From NCBI GenBank assembly GCA_964291675.2, contig OZ219865.1, forward strand, positions 704,001 to 768,000: a DNA stretch of 64,000 bases, read 5' to 3'. This DNA comes from Alphaproteobacteria bacterium. GTDB taxonomy: Bacteria; Pseudomonadota; Alphaproteobacteria; MPNO01. How positions within the stretch are numbered: position 1 is the first letter of the stretch; every line of letters begins with the position of its first letter. Below are positions 38,709 to 48,338 of the stretch, in pieces. Below the pieces are notes generated by a model. The model was not told the DNA's origin. It saw only the letters and a list, made by a program, of their open reading frames with translations, and did not search any database. Position numbers and translations under genes: made by a program.

Positions 38709-40219
38709 CAGAATATCCCCCTGTCGTCGCGCTCGGCGTTGACCAGCCCCGCCGGATCGACGGCCACGTTGAGGCCGCCGAGGTCTTCCGGCCCGAGATC
38801 CGGCAGGCGCTGGACCAGGTCGAGGAAGCGGCGTTGCTCGTCCGGCGCGGCGATGCCGTCGGCCAGGGTCTCGAACTTGTGCACGTAGTCGGCCCGCGCG
38901 AAGGGCCGCGCGCCGGCCGAATGGGCGTTGGCGACGGCGAGCTCGTCGACGATCGTCTCGCCCGATTTGAGCTCGATCTCGAGCCTGCCGCCGAAGGCGC
39001 GCCGGTTGGGGTCGGGCTCGTGGTAGCGCGCGGTCCATCCCGGGTCCTCGACGGTCGAGATCTTGTGCCACAGCCGCACCGTGTCGGGACGCGCGGCGCG
39101 TTCCGGCGCGTAGGAGCGGATGTGGTGCCACTCGCCGTCCTGCAGGGCGACCGCGAGGATGTACATGATGCTGTGGTCGAGGGTCTCGCGGCTCGCCCCG
39201 GGGTCCATCTTCTGCGGATCGCCGGCGCCCGTTCCGATCACGTAATGCGTGTGGTGGCTGGTGTGCAGCACCAGGCGCTCGATCGCCTCGAAGTCGGCGA
39301 TGCGGTCCCGCATGCGGAAGGCGAGGTCGATGATCGCCTGGCTCTGGTACTCGGCCGAATGCTCCTTGGTGTAGGATTCGAGGATCGCGCGCTTGGCCTC
39401 GCCCGGGGCGGGCAGCGGCACGGTGTACTCGGCGTCCGGCCCGTCCAGCACCCGGGCGATCACGCTGTCCTCGCCCTCGTAGATCGGCGAGGGCGCCCCC
39501 TCCCCCCGCATCGTCCGGTCGACCGCCTCGATGGCGAGCTTGCCGGCATGCGCCGGGGCGAACGCCTTCCAGCTCGAAATCTCGCCCTTGCGCGACTGCC
39601 GCGTGCTCACCGAGGTGTGCAGCGCCTGCTGCACCGCCTGGAAGACGGTCTCGGTCGGGAGCCCCAGCAGCGTGCCGAGCCCGGCCGCCGCGGACGGCCC
39701 GAGATGGGCGATGTGGTCGATCTTGTGGGCGTGCAGGCAGATCCCCTTCACCAGGTCGATCTGGATCTCGTAGGCGGTCGCGATGCCGCGCACCAGATCC
39801 TCGCCGCCGCGCCCCGTCTGCTGCGCGACCGCGAGGAGCGCCGGGATGTTGTCGCCCGGATGGGAATAGTCGGCGGCGAGAAAGGTGTCGTGGAAGTCGA
39901 GCTCGCGAACCGCCGTCCCGTTCGCCCAGGCGGCCCATTCGGCGGCGAAGCGGCGCGCGGGATCGATGCCGAACACCGCCGCCCCGCCCTCGCGCGGATG
40001 GGCCAGCGCCTGGGCGCGGGCGGCGGCGACCGGCCCCCGGTTGAGCGCCGCGACCGCGACCGCCGCGTTGTCGACGATCCGGTTGACCGCCATGTCGACG
40101 ACCGCCGGCTCGACCGCGACGGGATCGGTCGCAACGGCCGCGATTTTCCACGCGAGCTGGTCTTCACGGGCTAAAGCAGTCTTCGAAGGATAAACCTTAA
40201 CGGTATGATTGATAGTCAC
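38708..40219 (-). CDS. prpD: 2-methylcitrate dehydratase (MmgE/PrpD)
   Basis: [44 protein letters not shown] and RETLDHS motifs. Confidence 0.92.
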   Translation of the reverse strand: MTINHTVKVYPSKTALAREDQLAWKIAAVATDPVAVEPAVVDMAVNRIVDNAAVAVAALNRGPVAAARAQALAHPREGGAAVFGIDPARRFAAEWAAWANGTAVRELDFHDTFLAADYSHPGDNIPALLAVAQQTGRGGEDLVRGIATAYEIQIDLVKGICLHAHKIDHIAHLGPSAAAGLGTLLGLPTETVFQAVQQALHTSVSTRQSRKGEISSWKAFAPAHAGKLAIEAVDRTMRGEGAPSPIYEGEDSVIARVLDGPDAEYTVPLPAPGEAKRAILESYTKEHSAEYQSQAIIDLAFRMRDRIADFEAIERLVLHTSHHTHYVIGTGAGDPQKMDPGASRETLDHSIMYILAVALQDGEWHHIRSYAPERAARPDTVRLWHKISTVEDPGWTARYHEPDPNRRAFGGRLEIELKSGETIVDELAVANAHSAGARPFARADYVHKFETLADGIAAPDEQRRFLDLVQRLPDLGPEDLGGLNVAVDPAGLVNAERDDRGIF

Positions 40220-40374
40220 CTTATCGACTCCGATCCTGCTTAGCGGTTATGGGATCATACCCCGATGCGAGACCGGGTCCAATCGCGTTCGCACCGCATG
40301 TTGTGGCCGCCCGGACGGTGTGATTAGGTAGCCGCGCCGCCTTGCGTGAGGGGCGCGCGACATCGGGAACCTCA

Positions 40375-41031
40375 ATGCCGGACCACCTGCTCCGTCTCTC
40401 GCGAGACGACTTCGATGCGAATGCCGCGCTCGACGCGGCGCTGCCGGCGGCGATTCGGGCGATCTACGTGGCCGGCGGCATGGTCTCGATCCGCGCCGGC
40501 GGCGGGACGGCGACGCTGTCGGCGAACTCGGCGCTGTTTCACACCGGCCCCCTGTCCATCGCCGCCAGCGGCCAGGGGGCCTGCCTGCTGCGCTACGAGC
40601 TCGACCCCGGCGACGGCGTGCCGGCCGGCGCGGGCGTGAGGTCGGAGCAGAAGCTGGAGGCGACCCTCCCGCTCGACGACCCGGAGGGATACCTGCTGCG
40701 CTGCGACAAGGTCGAGCTGCCGCCGGGCGGCATCGCCTATACCCACACCCACCAGGGCGGCGGCATACGCTGCCTGCTGAAGGGCGGGTTCAACGTCCTT
40801 GTGCACGGCGAGACCACCGGGCTCGGCGAATTCGACGCCTGGTTCGAAGCCGGCCCGGACCCGGTCTATGCCTGGGCGCCCGACGACGCGCCGGGGCATT
40901 TCTCGCGGGTGATGATCCTGCCGCGCCGGCTCAAGGGCAGGAGCTCGATCCGCTACGTCGACCCGGCGGACGCGGACAAGCCCAAATTGCAGAAATACAC
41001 CGTGTTCGTCGACGAGTTCATCGAGACATGA
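40375..41031 (+). CDS. Cupin-fold protein
   Basis: AYTHTHQGGGIRCLL..G and WFEAGPDPV motifs. Confidence 0.65.
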   Translation: MPDHLLRLSRDDFDANAALDAALPAAIRAIYVAGGMVSIRAGGGTATLSANSALFHTGPLSIAASGQGACLLRYELDPGDGVPAGAGVRSEQKLEATLPLDDPEGYLLRCDKVELPPGGIAYTHTHQGGGIRCLLKGGFNVLVHGETTGLGEFDAWFEAGPDPVYAWAPDDAPGHFSRVMILPRRLKGRSSIRYVDPADADKPKLQKYTVFVDEFIET

Positions 41032-42698
41032 CCGGCAATATCAGGACCGGCGGGCAGATCCTGGCGGATGCGCTGCTCACCCACGGGGTGGACACGATCT
41101 TCTGCGTGCCCGGCGAGAGCTACATCGCCACCCTCGATGCGCTGTTCGACGTGAGCCAGCGGATCCGCGTCGTCACCTGCCGCCAGGAAGGCGGCGCGGC
41201 CTATATGGCGGAAGCCTACGGCAAGCTCACCGGGCGGCCCGGGATCTGCTTCGTCACCCGCGGTCCCGGGGCGACCAATGCGAGCGTCGGCATCCACACC
41301 GCGCGCCAGGATTCTTCGCCGGTGATCCTCTTCGTCGGCCAGGTCGCGCGCGGCATGGCCGAGCGCGAGGCCTTCCAGGAGATCGACTTCCGCCGGATGA
41401 TGGGCGAGCTCGCCAAGTGGACCGGCCAGATCGACGATCCGGCGCGCATACCGGAATACGTCAACCGCGCCTTCCGCACCGCGACCTCCGGGCGGGCCGG
41501 GCCGGTGGTGCTGGCGCTGCCCGAGGACATGCAGACCGAACGCGCCGAGGCCGAGGACGGCGCGGCCTACGACGAGGTGCAGGCGAGCCCGGCATTCCGG
41601 GACATGGAGCGGCTGCGCGACATGCTGGCGAAGGCAGAGCGTCCGATCATGCTGGCCGGCGGCAGCGGCTGGACCGAGGACGCCTGCGACAACCTGCGGG
41701 CCTTCGCCGAGGCCAACGACCTGCCCGTCGCCGTCGGGTTCCGCCGCCAGGACCTGCTCGACAACCGTCATCCCGCCTATGCCGGGGTGGTCGGGCTGGG
41801 CGTCAATCCGGCCCTCGCCCGGGCGATCGGGGACGCCGATGTGCTGCTGGTGGCCGGCGCCCAGCTCGGCGAGGTCGTCACCCAGGGCTACTCCCTCCTC
41901 GCGCTGCCCAAGCCGCGCCAGTGCCTGATCCACGCCCATCCCGGGATCGACGAGCTCGGCAAGGTCTATCAGCCGGAGCTTGCGATCAACGCCGGCATGC
42001 CGGAATTCGCCGCCGCGCTCGCCGCCCTGGAGCCGGTCGCCGACCCGCCCTGGGCCGCGCGCCGCGCCGGGCTGCGGGCGGCTTACGAGGCTTTCGCGCA
42101 ACCCACCGACATGCCGGGCGCGCTCAACCTGGCGCACGCGGTGCGCCATCTGGAGGACGCGCTGCCGCAAGACGCCATCATCGCCAACGGCGCCGGGAAT
42201 TTCTCGCAGTGGCTGCACCGGTTCCACCGCTATCGCGGGTTCCGCACTCAGCTCGCGCCGCAGAGCGGGTCGATGGGCTACGGCGTGCCGGCGGGCGTCG
42301 CGGCGGCGCTGCTGCACCCGGGACGCCGGGTCGTCGCCTGGTGCGGCGACGGCGATTTTCTGATGAACGGCCAGGAGGTCGCGACCGCCGCGGCCGAGCG
42401 TCTCCGCAACCTCACCTTTCTGGTGGTGGACAACGGAACCTACGGCACCATCCGCATGCACCAGGAACGGCACTACCCCGGGCGGGTGATCGCCACCGAC
42501 CTCGCCAACCCGGATTTTGCGATGCTGGCCCGGGCCTACGGCCTGTATGGCGAGACGGTGACGAGCACGGAGGATTTTCCCGCCGCCTTCGAGCGCGCCC
42601 GGGAGGCCGACAGCCCCGCCCTGCTGGCGCTCCGCATCGACCCCGAGGCGATCCTGCCGGGCGCCACCATCAGCGGCATCAGGGCGGCGAGCGGTTAG
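41028..42698 (+). CDS. TPP-binding enzyme (acetolactate synthase-like)
   Basis: VPGES, RQEGGA, RGPGATN, GSMGYG and GDGDF...DNG motifs. Confidence 0.9.
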   Translation: MTGNIRTGGQILADALLTHGVDTIFCVPGESYIATLDALFDVSQRIRVVTCRQEGGAAYMAEAYGKLTGRPGICFVTRGPGATNASVGIHTARQDSSPVILFVGQVARGMAEREAFQEIDFRRMMGELAKWTGQIDDPARIPEYVNRAFRTATSGRAGPVVLALPEDMQTERAEAEDGAAYDEVQASPAFRDMERLRDMLAKAERPIMLAGGSGWTEDACDNLRAFAEANDLPVAVGFRRQDLLDNRHPAYAGVVGLGVNPALARAIGDADVLLVAGAQLGEVVTQGYSLLALPKPRQCLIHAHPGIDELGKVYQPELAINAGMPEFAAALAALEPVADPPWAARRAGLRAAYEAFAQPTDMPGALNLAHAVRHLEDALPQDAIIANGAGNFSQWLHRFHRYRGFRTQLAPQSGSMGYGVPAGVAAALLHPGRRVVAWCGDGDFLMNGQEVATAAAERLRNLTFLVVDNGTYGTIRMHQERHYPGRVIATDLANPDFAMLARAYGLYGETVTSTEDFPAAFERAREADSPALLALRIDPEAILPGATISGIRAASG

Positions 42699-43276
42699 GC
42701 GGCCGCGTCCTTGTGGGCGGTGAAGGTGAGGCCCTTGGCGGTGAACTTGTCCTTCACCCCCGGCTTGATGGCGTCCAGCTTGACCGCGCTGGAGGGCGCC
42801 AGGTCGATATCGGTCATGTCGTGCACGCCGCCGGTGATCAGCACCTGCAACACGCCCTCCCCGTCGCCGATATTGCGGAAGGCGCGGTTGACCTTGGGCG
42901 GCACCGAGATGGTGTCGAACTCGCCGAGCTCGGCCCGCCCGCCGCCGTCGTCGTTCCACGTCACCTCGAAGCGGCCCTTGAGCACGGTGAAGGTCTCGTA
43001 GGTCTGGAGATGGGCGTGCAGCGACGGGCCCTGGCCCGGCGGGCAGACGGCAATCGTCATGGTCATGCCGGCGGCGTCCACGATGGGCGCGCCGGCGTTG
43101 ACCGGCGTCTCCACGTCGCCGCCGAGGCCGATCACCGAGAGCAGCTTGCGCGCATAGACGACGTCGTTCGCCTCCTGCGGTATCTCCGGATCCTGCTGGA
43201 TCGGCAGGGGCTCCAGCGCGCTATAGCGCGAAATCCGGCTCTCCATCTCGTCCGGCGTGATCTCGATCGTCTTCAT
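42695..43276 (-). CDS. Cupin domain protein
   Basis: PPGQGPSLHAH...ETF.VL.G and ISVPP..NRAFRN motifs. Confidence 0.85.
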   Translation of the reverse strand: MKTIEITPDEMESRISRYSALEPLPIQQDPEIPQEANDVVYARKLLSVIGLGGDVETPVNAGAPIVDAAGMTMTIAVCPPGQGPSLHAHLQTYETFTVLKGRFEVTWNDDGGGRAELGEFDTISVPPKVNRAFRNIGDGEGVLQVLITGGVHDMTDIDLAPSSAVKLDAIKPGVKDKFTAKGLTFTAHKDAAA

Positions 43277-43314
43277 CGCATCCTCCCCGGCGCGCAGCCT
43301 GCGCCGCGCCGGGC

Positions 43315-43343
43315 ATGGTAGAGCGATCCGGGCCGGATTGGAA
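43315..43343 (-). promoter_or_regulatory. Putative sigma70-type promoter TTCCAA-N17-TACCAT
   Basis: 17-nt spacer upstream of the cupin gene; same TTCCA -35 variant as at 3524 and 17391. Confidence 0.4.
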
Positions 43344-43358
43344 TCGCCCGTGCGCGCC

Positions 43359-44195
43359 TCACTCGCCCGCCATCAGGGCGTTCATCTCGGGGTGCAGGAT
43401 GACGCCCTCGGCGAAGCCGTAGCCGCCGGTGGCGGCGAGCTCGGCCGCGGCGTTGCGCGCCAGCGTGGCGAAGGCGAGCGAGAGCAGCCCGCCGATGCTC
43501 ACCCGGGCGACGCCGAGCCGCCTGAGCTCGCCGAGCGGCGGCGAGACCGCGCTCGCCAAAATGTTCACCGGCCCGTCGATCCCCTCGACCAGCGCGCCTA
43601 TGGTCTCGGCATCGCGCGCGAAGGGGACGAACAGGCAGTCCGCGCCCGCCTCGCGGAAGGCGTTACAGCGGCGGATCGCCTCGGCGAGCGCCTCGGGCCC
43701 CTTGCCGCCGCGCAGGAACACGTCGCAGCGCGCGTTGACGACCGCCGGCACGCCTGCCGCGTCGGCCGCCTCGCGCCCCGCCGCGATCCGCGCCACCGCG
43801 AGGTCGAAATCGAGCAGCGGCTCGGACGAGCGAATCGTGCCGTCCTCGATGTTGAGCCCGACCGCGCCCGCCTCGATCGTCGCCCGCACGGTGTCGGCCA
43901 CCGCCTCGGGCTCGGTGCCGTAGCCCGCCTCCATGTCGGCCGTCACCGGCACGTCGACGCGCTCGGCGATACGCCGCACCATCCAGAGCATCTCCTCGCG
44001 CGGGATGTTCTCGCCGTCGGCATAGCCCATCAGCCAGGCGATGCCGGCGCTCGAGGTGGCGATGGCGGGAAAGCCGGCCTCGACGACGATGCGCGCGATC
44101 GACGCATCGGAGGCGTTGACCAGCACCAGCGGCTCCGGCCCGCGATGGAGCGCCCTGAACGCTTCCGCCTTCGCGACCTGTCGGGAATCCGCCAT
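43359..44195 (-). CDS. Isocitrate lyase/PEP mutase family protein
   Basis: FRALH, ATSSAG, ADMEAGYG, NIEDG, NARCD, AGADCLFVP and RVSIG motifs. Confidence 0.88.
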   Translation of the reverse strand: MADSRQVAKAEAFRALHRGPEPLVLVNASDASIARIVVEAGFPAIATSSAGIAWLMGYADGENIPREEMLWMVRRIAERVDVPVTADMEAGYGTEPEAVADTVRATIEAGAVGLNIEDGTIRSSEPLLDFDLAVARIAAGREAADAAGVPAVVNARCDVFLRGGKGPEALAEAIRRCNAFREAGADCLFVPFARDAETIGALVEGIDGPVNILASAVSPPLGELRRLGVARVSIGGLLSLAFATLARNAAAELAATGGYGFAEGVILHPEMNALMAGE

Positions 44196-44206
44196 CGTCC
44201 GTCCCC

Positions 44207-45529
44207 TCAGATATCGAAGGCGGGCACCGTCCCGCCGCAGGCCATGGCGAGCACGCCGTCGATCACGGCTTCGGGCTCGGCGACCCCGCCGAAGCGCAGC
44301 AATTCGCGCGCCTTGTCCGCCATTTCGCGGCGGTCGAGCGCGGCCTCGGGATCGCCCTTGCACTGCCGCCGGGCGGCGCTCACGCGGCTGCCGTCGGCGA
44401 GGATCGCCGTCACCTCGCCGCCCCACGCGGCGGGATAGTCCGTCACGTAAGGCGCCCCCGCGCCCACCCTCACCCTAGAGCGCAGCGCGGCGAGGCGGGC
44501 GCGCGACTCGGCCTCGAAGGACTCGAAGCCCACCGCGCCGTCGTTGAGCGCCGCGGCGATGCAGTGCTGGAGCGAGAATTTGGCTTCATAGGGCGATGCC
44601 GGCATCGGCCGGTCGCACACATCGACCGCCGCCCGGTAGGTCGACGCCTCGACGCCCGTCACCGCAGCCGCGTCGATGCCGGCGGAGAGCTCCAGCGCGG
44701 CGTCGATGACCGGGTGGGTATGCCGGCAGGACGGCCAGGGCTTGATCGAGGTGGCATGCACGGCCCACGGCGCATCCGGGTGGCGCAGCACCGCTGCCGG
44801 GTCCGCATCGGGGCAGGCGCCGGCATAGAGGCCCTGCGGTCCTTCGAGGATCGCCGGCGGCCCGGTGAAGCCGCCCGCCGCCAGCTCCGCCGCGACGACG
44901 CCTGCTTCCGCCGCGCGCCCGGCATGGAGGTGCTTGCTCATCGCGCCCGTGTTGAGGAACTCCCAGAGCCCGGCGGATTGTGTGCCGGCGTTGCCGAGCG
45001 CATGGACGGTCGCCGCGTCGTCCAGCCCGATCGACGAAGCCGCCGCCATCGCCGCGCCGAACGGCCCGCAGGTCGCGGTGTTGTGCCAGACCTTGTAATG
45101 CGTCGGCCCGACCGACATGCCGACCCGGCAGACCGCCTCGAAGCCGTGCAGCACCGCGCGCAGAAAGGCCGCCCCATCCGCCTCTTCCCCGTCGGCGAGC
45201 GCCAGCGCGGCGGGGATGACGACGCATCCCGGATGGGTGACCGAGCCGCGATGCAGGTCGTCGACCTCCAGGACGTGCATGCAGCCGCCCATCACCAGCG
45301 CGCGGCGTCCTGGGTCCCGCCGGTCGGCGCCCCAGCGCCGCAGGATCCGGCCCGGCTCGGTCGCCCGGCCGGCCAGCATGTTGGCGATGCCGTCGAGCGC
45401 GATCAGCGCCATCGCGTCGAGGTCGCCCTGCGCGACCGGCCTCGCGCGAATCAGCGAGACCAGCCCTTCGGTCAGCGTCGGCTGGGCCGCAGGCTCGATC
45501 GAGGCCGATTGCGCGGCGGCGGTGCTCAC
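44207..45529 (-). CDS. MmgE/PrpD family protein
   Basis: EVDDLH...HPG, WHNTATCG, KHLHAG, KPWPSCRHTH, AKFS and KGDP motifs; GTG overlapping the upstream TGA. Confidence 0.88.
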   Translation of the reverse strand: MSTAAAQSASIEPAAQPTLTEGLVSLIRARPVAQGDLDAMALIALDGIANMLAGRATEPGRILRRWGADRRDPGRRALVMGGCMHVLEVDDLHRGSVTHPGCVVIPAALALADGEEADGAAFLRAVLHGFEAVCRVGMSVGPTHYKVWHNTATCGPFGAAMAAASSIGLDDAATVHALGNAGTQSAGLWEFLNTGAMSKHLHAGRAAEAGVVAAELAAGGFTGPPAILEGPQGLYAGACPDADPAAVLRHPDAPWAVHATSIKPWPSCRHTHPVIDAALELSAGIDAAAVTGVEASTYRAAVDVCDRPMPASPYEAKFSLQHCIAAALNDGAVGFESFEAESRARLAALRSRVRVGAGAPYVTDYPAAWGGEVTAILADGSRVSAARRQCKGDPEAALDRREMADKARELLRFGGVAEPEAVIDGVLAMACGGTVPAFDI

Positions 45530-46764
45530 GCGCCGCCGCCCGGCGGCCGGTAGTCGGGGAAGCGCCCGGAGACGTCGAGGTTGAACAGCTTGCGCGCGTT
45601 CTCGCCCAGGATGTTGCGCTTCGCCGTCTCGTCGAGGAAGGGCAGGTCGTAGATCACGCTCGGCAGGTCCATGTCCCAATGCGGATAGTCGGAACACCAG
45701 CAGAGCTGGGTCTCGGCCTTGATCATCTTGAACGTCATCTCGAGCACGTCGAGGTCGTTGGGGACCTCCATCGGCTGCGACGAATAGTACATGTCCTGCA
45801 TGTACTCGCTCGGCAGCTTCTTCAGCGACGGCGCCTCGGAGCTCCGCATCCGGTAGTCGTTGTCGAGGCGCTGCATGAGCCACGGGACCCAGGCGAGACC
45901 CGATTCGATCCAGATCACCTTGAGCCCGGGGAAACGCTCGGGCAGGCCGTTGATCACCCAGTTGGCGCAATGCATGGCGTTGTAGATGGTGAAGCCCATC
46001 GCATGGGTGATGAGGAACCGGTTGGTCGCGCCGAGCAGCGGGTCGTTCCAGTTATAGGAGGCGTGGAAGGCGAGCGGCTTGCCCATCTCCTCCATCAGCC
46101 GGTAGGTCTTCATGTAGGCGTTGTCATAGACCGGCTTGTAGCGCGTCGACACCACGGAGAACCCGACCACCCCCTTCCTGTCGCCGAACTCCTCCACCAC
46201 CCGGTAGGCGGCTTCGGGGTCGTTGAACGGCAGATAGAGCATCGAGGTGATGCGCTCGTTCTGCGGCAGGATCTGCTCCACCAGCCAGCGGTTGTAGGCG
46301 CGCGACATCGCGACCTCGATCTCGGGCTGCGGGTGCAGGCCGAGCAGCAGCATGGGCGTCGGGAACATCGACACGTAATCGACCCCCATCGCATCCATCC
46401 ACTTGAGCGAGAGGTGGATGTCGCGGTGGGTGCCGTCGGCCGGCGTCTGTTCCAGCTTGCGCAGCGGGTAGCGCATGACCCGGCCGGAGATGTCCTGGTA
46501 GCCGACCACGCCCGGAATCAGCGGGGACTGCGCGCCGGTGCCGCTGCCGGAATAGACCAGCCCGGTCTGCTTGATCACCGGGTCCTCGATGTACTGGATG
46601 ATGTCGCGCAGCGACTCGTTCTCGTAGTGGTGGCAGTCGACATCGACGATCAGCACGTCCTCCAGCTTGCGCCGGTCGCGCTGTCTGGCGGCGTTGAGGA
46701 GGAGCTTCTTGGTGTCGAACTCCTCGACGCTCATCTTGTGGATGTCGCTTGTCGGAATATCCAT
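45526..46764 (-). CDS. Amidohydrolase-2 fold protein (candidate dinuclear oxygenase)
   Basis: IVDVDCHHYE, RAYNRW, LAFH, THAMGF, IESG, QPME and SDYPHWD motifs. Confidence 0.85.
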   Translation of the reverse strand: MDIPTSDIHKMSVEEFDTKKLLLNAARQRDRRKLEDVLIVDVDCHHYENESLRDIIQYIEDPVIKQTGLVYSGSGTGAQSPLIPGVVGYQDISGRVMRYPLRKLEQTPADGTHRDIHLSLKWMDAMGVDYVSMFPTPMLLLGLHPQPEIEVAMSRAYNRWLVEQILPQNERITSMLYLPFNDPEAAYRVVEEFGDRKGVVGFSVVSTRYKPVYDNAYMKTYRLMEEMGKPLAFHASYNWNDPLLGATNRFLITHAMGFTIYNAMHCANWVINGLPERFPGLKVIWIESGLAWVPWLMQRLDNDYRMRSSEAPSLKKLPSEYMQDMYYSSQPMEVPNDLDVLEMTFKMIKAETQLCWCSDYPHWDMDLPSVIYDLPFLDETAKRNILGENARKLFNLDVSGRFPDYRPPGGGA

Positions 46765-46776
46765 TTCCCGTCTCCG

Positions 46777-47103
46777 TCAGGCGCCCGACCAGGCTTGCCA
46801 CATGCCGAGCTCGAACAGCTCGACATTCACCGCGCGCAGCATCGCGGTGCACATGATCATCACGGCGGTTGCCGGCATCGCCCGGTCGTCGACGAAGGGC
46901 GACCAGCGCTCGCCGATCTGGAACTTGACCGTATACAGCTTGGTCAGCGCGGTGAGTCCCTCCTGGATCAGCGCGTCGGGCGGCTCGTCGCCCTCCCCGA
47001 GCTCCAGCATCTTCGCGGCGAATGCCTGGAGCCTGGCCGTCTCCTCGCCGACATCGGCCAGCAGGTCGCCGAACTCGTCCTCCGGCTGCTCAGGCGAGGA
47101 CAT
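46777..47103 (-). CDS. Hypothetical protein (108 aa)
   Basis: Tightly coupled between the Rieske and amidohydrolase genes; C-terminal MLRAVNVELFELGMWQ. Confidence 0.7.
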   Translation of the reverse strand: MSSPEQPEDEFGDLLADVGEETARLQAFAAKMLELGEGDEPPDALIQEGLTALTKLYTVKFQIGERWSPFVDDRAMPATAVMIMCTAMLRAVNVELFELGMWQAWSGA

Positions 47104-47458
47104 AGATTCCGTCCTCCTTCTCGACGACGTCGTATTTCCTGAGGCGGAACGTCCGGTCCGCGACCATCACCCCGGTCTCCAAATCGTACTCCCAGCCATG
47201 CCAGGGACAGACGATGTGCATCTCGTCGTGGTTGAAGCGCATGCCCCGATATGTCTTGTCCTCGGCGATGACCTCCTCGACCTTGGCCATCAGCAGCCCC
47301 TCGCAGGCCGGCCCGCCCTGGTGGGCGCACAAATTCTGGTAGGCGTAGAGCCGCCCCTTCACCCGGTAGACGCCGATCTCCGAGTTGCCGTTGGGAACGA
47401 TCTTGCGCTCGCCGTCGGGCAGGTCGTCGGACTTGGCGACAAAGATCTCCTTTGCCAT
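47090..47458 (-). CDS. Rieske [2Fe-2S] ferredoxin
   Basis: CAHQGG and CPWHGW motifs; GGAGG RBS. Confidence 0.92.
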   Translation of the reverse strand: MAKEIFVAKSDDLPDGERKIVPNGNSEIGVYRVKGRLYAYQNLCAHQGGPACEGLLMAKVEEVIAEDKTYRGMRFNHDEMHIVCPWHGWEYDLETGVMVADRTFRLRKYDVVEKEDGIYVLA

Positions 47459-47492
47459 TCCCGTCTCCTCCTGGTCGAATCCGTGCCGGCGC

Positions 47493-48338
47493 TCAGTTGG
47501 TGGCGACCGAGAGGCTGTGCGCCCCGGTCCCGCCCTGATGCCGGTTGGCGTAGGCCTGCAGCCGCGTCATGCCCATATTCGCGAGCGCGGCGAGCGCGAA
47601 GATGATGAGGATGATCGCGTACATCTCGCCGATCCTGAACTGCTCGTAGTAGTTCCCCAGCCGGTAGCCCAGCCCGCCGTCGGCGAATTTGAGCTCGGCG
47701 ACCAGCACGCCGATGACGGTGATCGCCATGCCCAGCCGGAGCCCGGTGATGACCGGGTTCACCATCGCCGGGATGTAGATCTTGATCACCGTCTGCCAGC
47801 GGCTGAGGTTGAACGACTTGCCGACCCGGAGCAGCACCGGGTTGATCAGGATCATGCCGAGCGCGGTGGAGAACACCACCGGGAAGAACGCCGACAGCGC
47901 CCCCTTGGCCATCTTGGAATCGATGCCGGTGCCGAAGATCAGGAACAGGATCGGCAGGAAGATGATCTTGGGCGTCGAGCCGATGGCGTTGAGATAGGGC
48001 TCGATCGCCTTGCGCAGCAGCGGGTTGACGCCCATGGCGATGCCGAGCGCGAGCGCGATCGCGGAGCCCACGATGAAGCCGACGATGTGCTCGGCGAAGG
48101 TGATCCCGAGGTCGCGATAGAAATCCGCCGCCGTGACCTCGCCCCAGATCGCCACCGCGATCTTCCACGACGACGGGATCACGTCGCCGTAGAGGATTTC
48201 CAGGGCTCCGAGCGCGGCGAGCCCTTCCCATGCCGCCAGCAGGCAGATCACGGTGAGCACGCGGATGCGCAAGACCGTGGCCTCGCCGCCGCCGGCCAGC
48301 GCGGGCGCCGCGGTTCCGACTACACCGGCCTGAGCCAC
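47493..48338 (-). CDS. ABC transporter permease (NitT/TauT type)
   Basis: TPKIIFLP, FFP and GLRLG...VAE...GLG motifs. Confidence 0.9.
   Translation of the reverse strand: MAQAGVVGTAAPALAGGGEATVLRIRVLTVICLLAAWEGLAALGALEILYGDVIPSSWKIAVAIWGEVTAADFYRDLGITFAEHIVGFIVGSAIALALGIAMGVNPLLRKAIEPYLNAIGSTPKIIFLPILFLIFGTGIDSKMAKGALSAFFPVVFSTALGMILINPVLLRVGKSFNLSRWQTVIKIYIPAMVNPVITGLRLGMAITVIGVLVAELKFADGGLGYRLGNYYEQFRIGEMYAIILIIFALAALANMGMTRLQAYANRHQGGTGAHSLSVATN

Noticed and set aside
41028-42698. Biosynthetic ilvB/ilvI
   Set aside because: No small regulatory subunit or other ilv genes nearby; only a family-level call is supported
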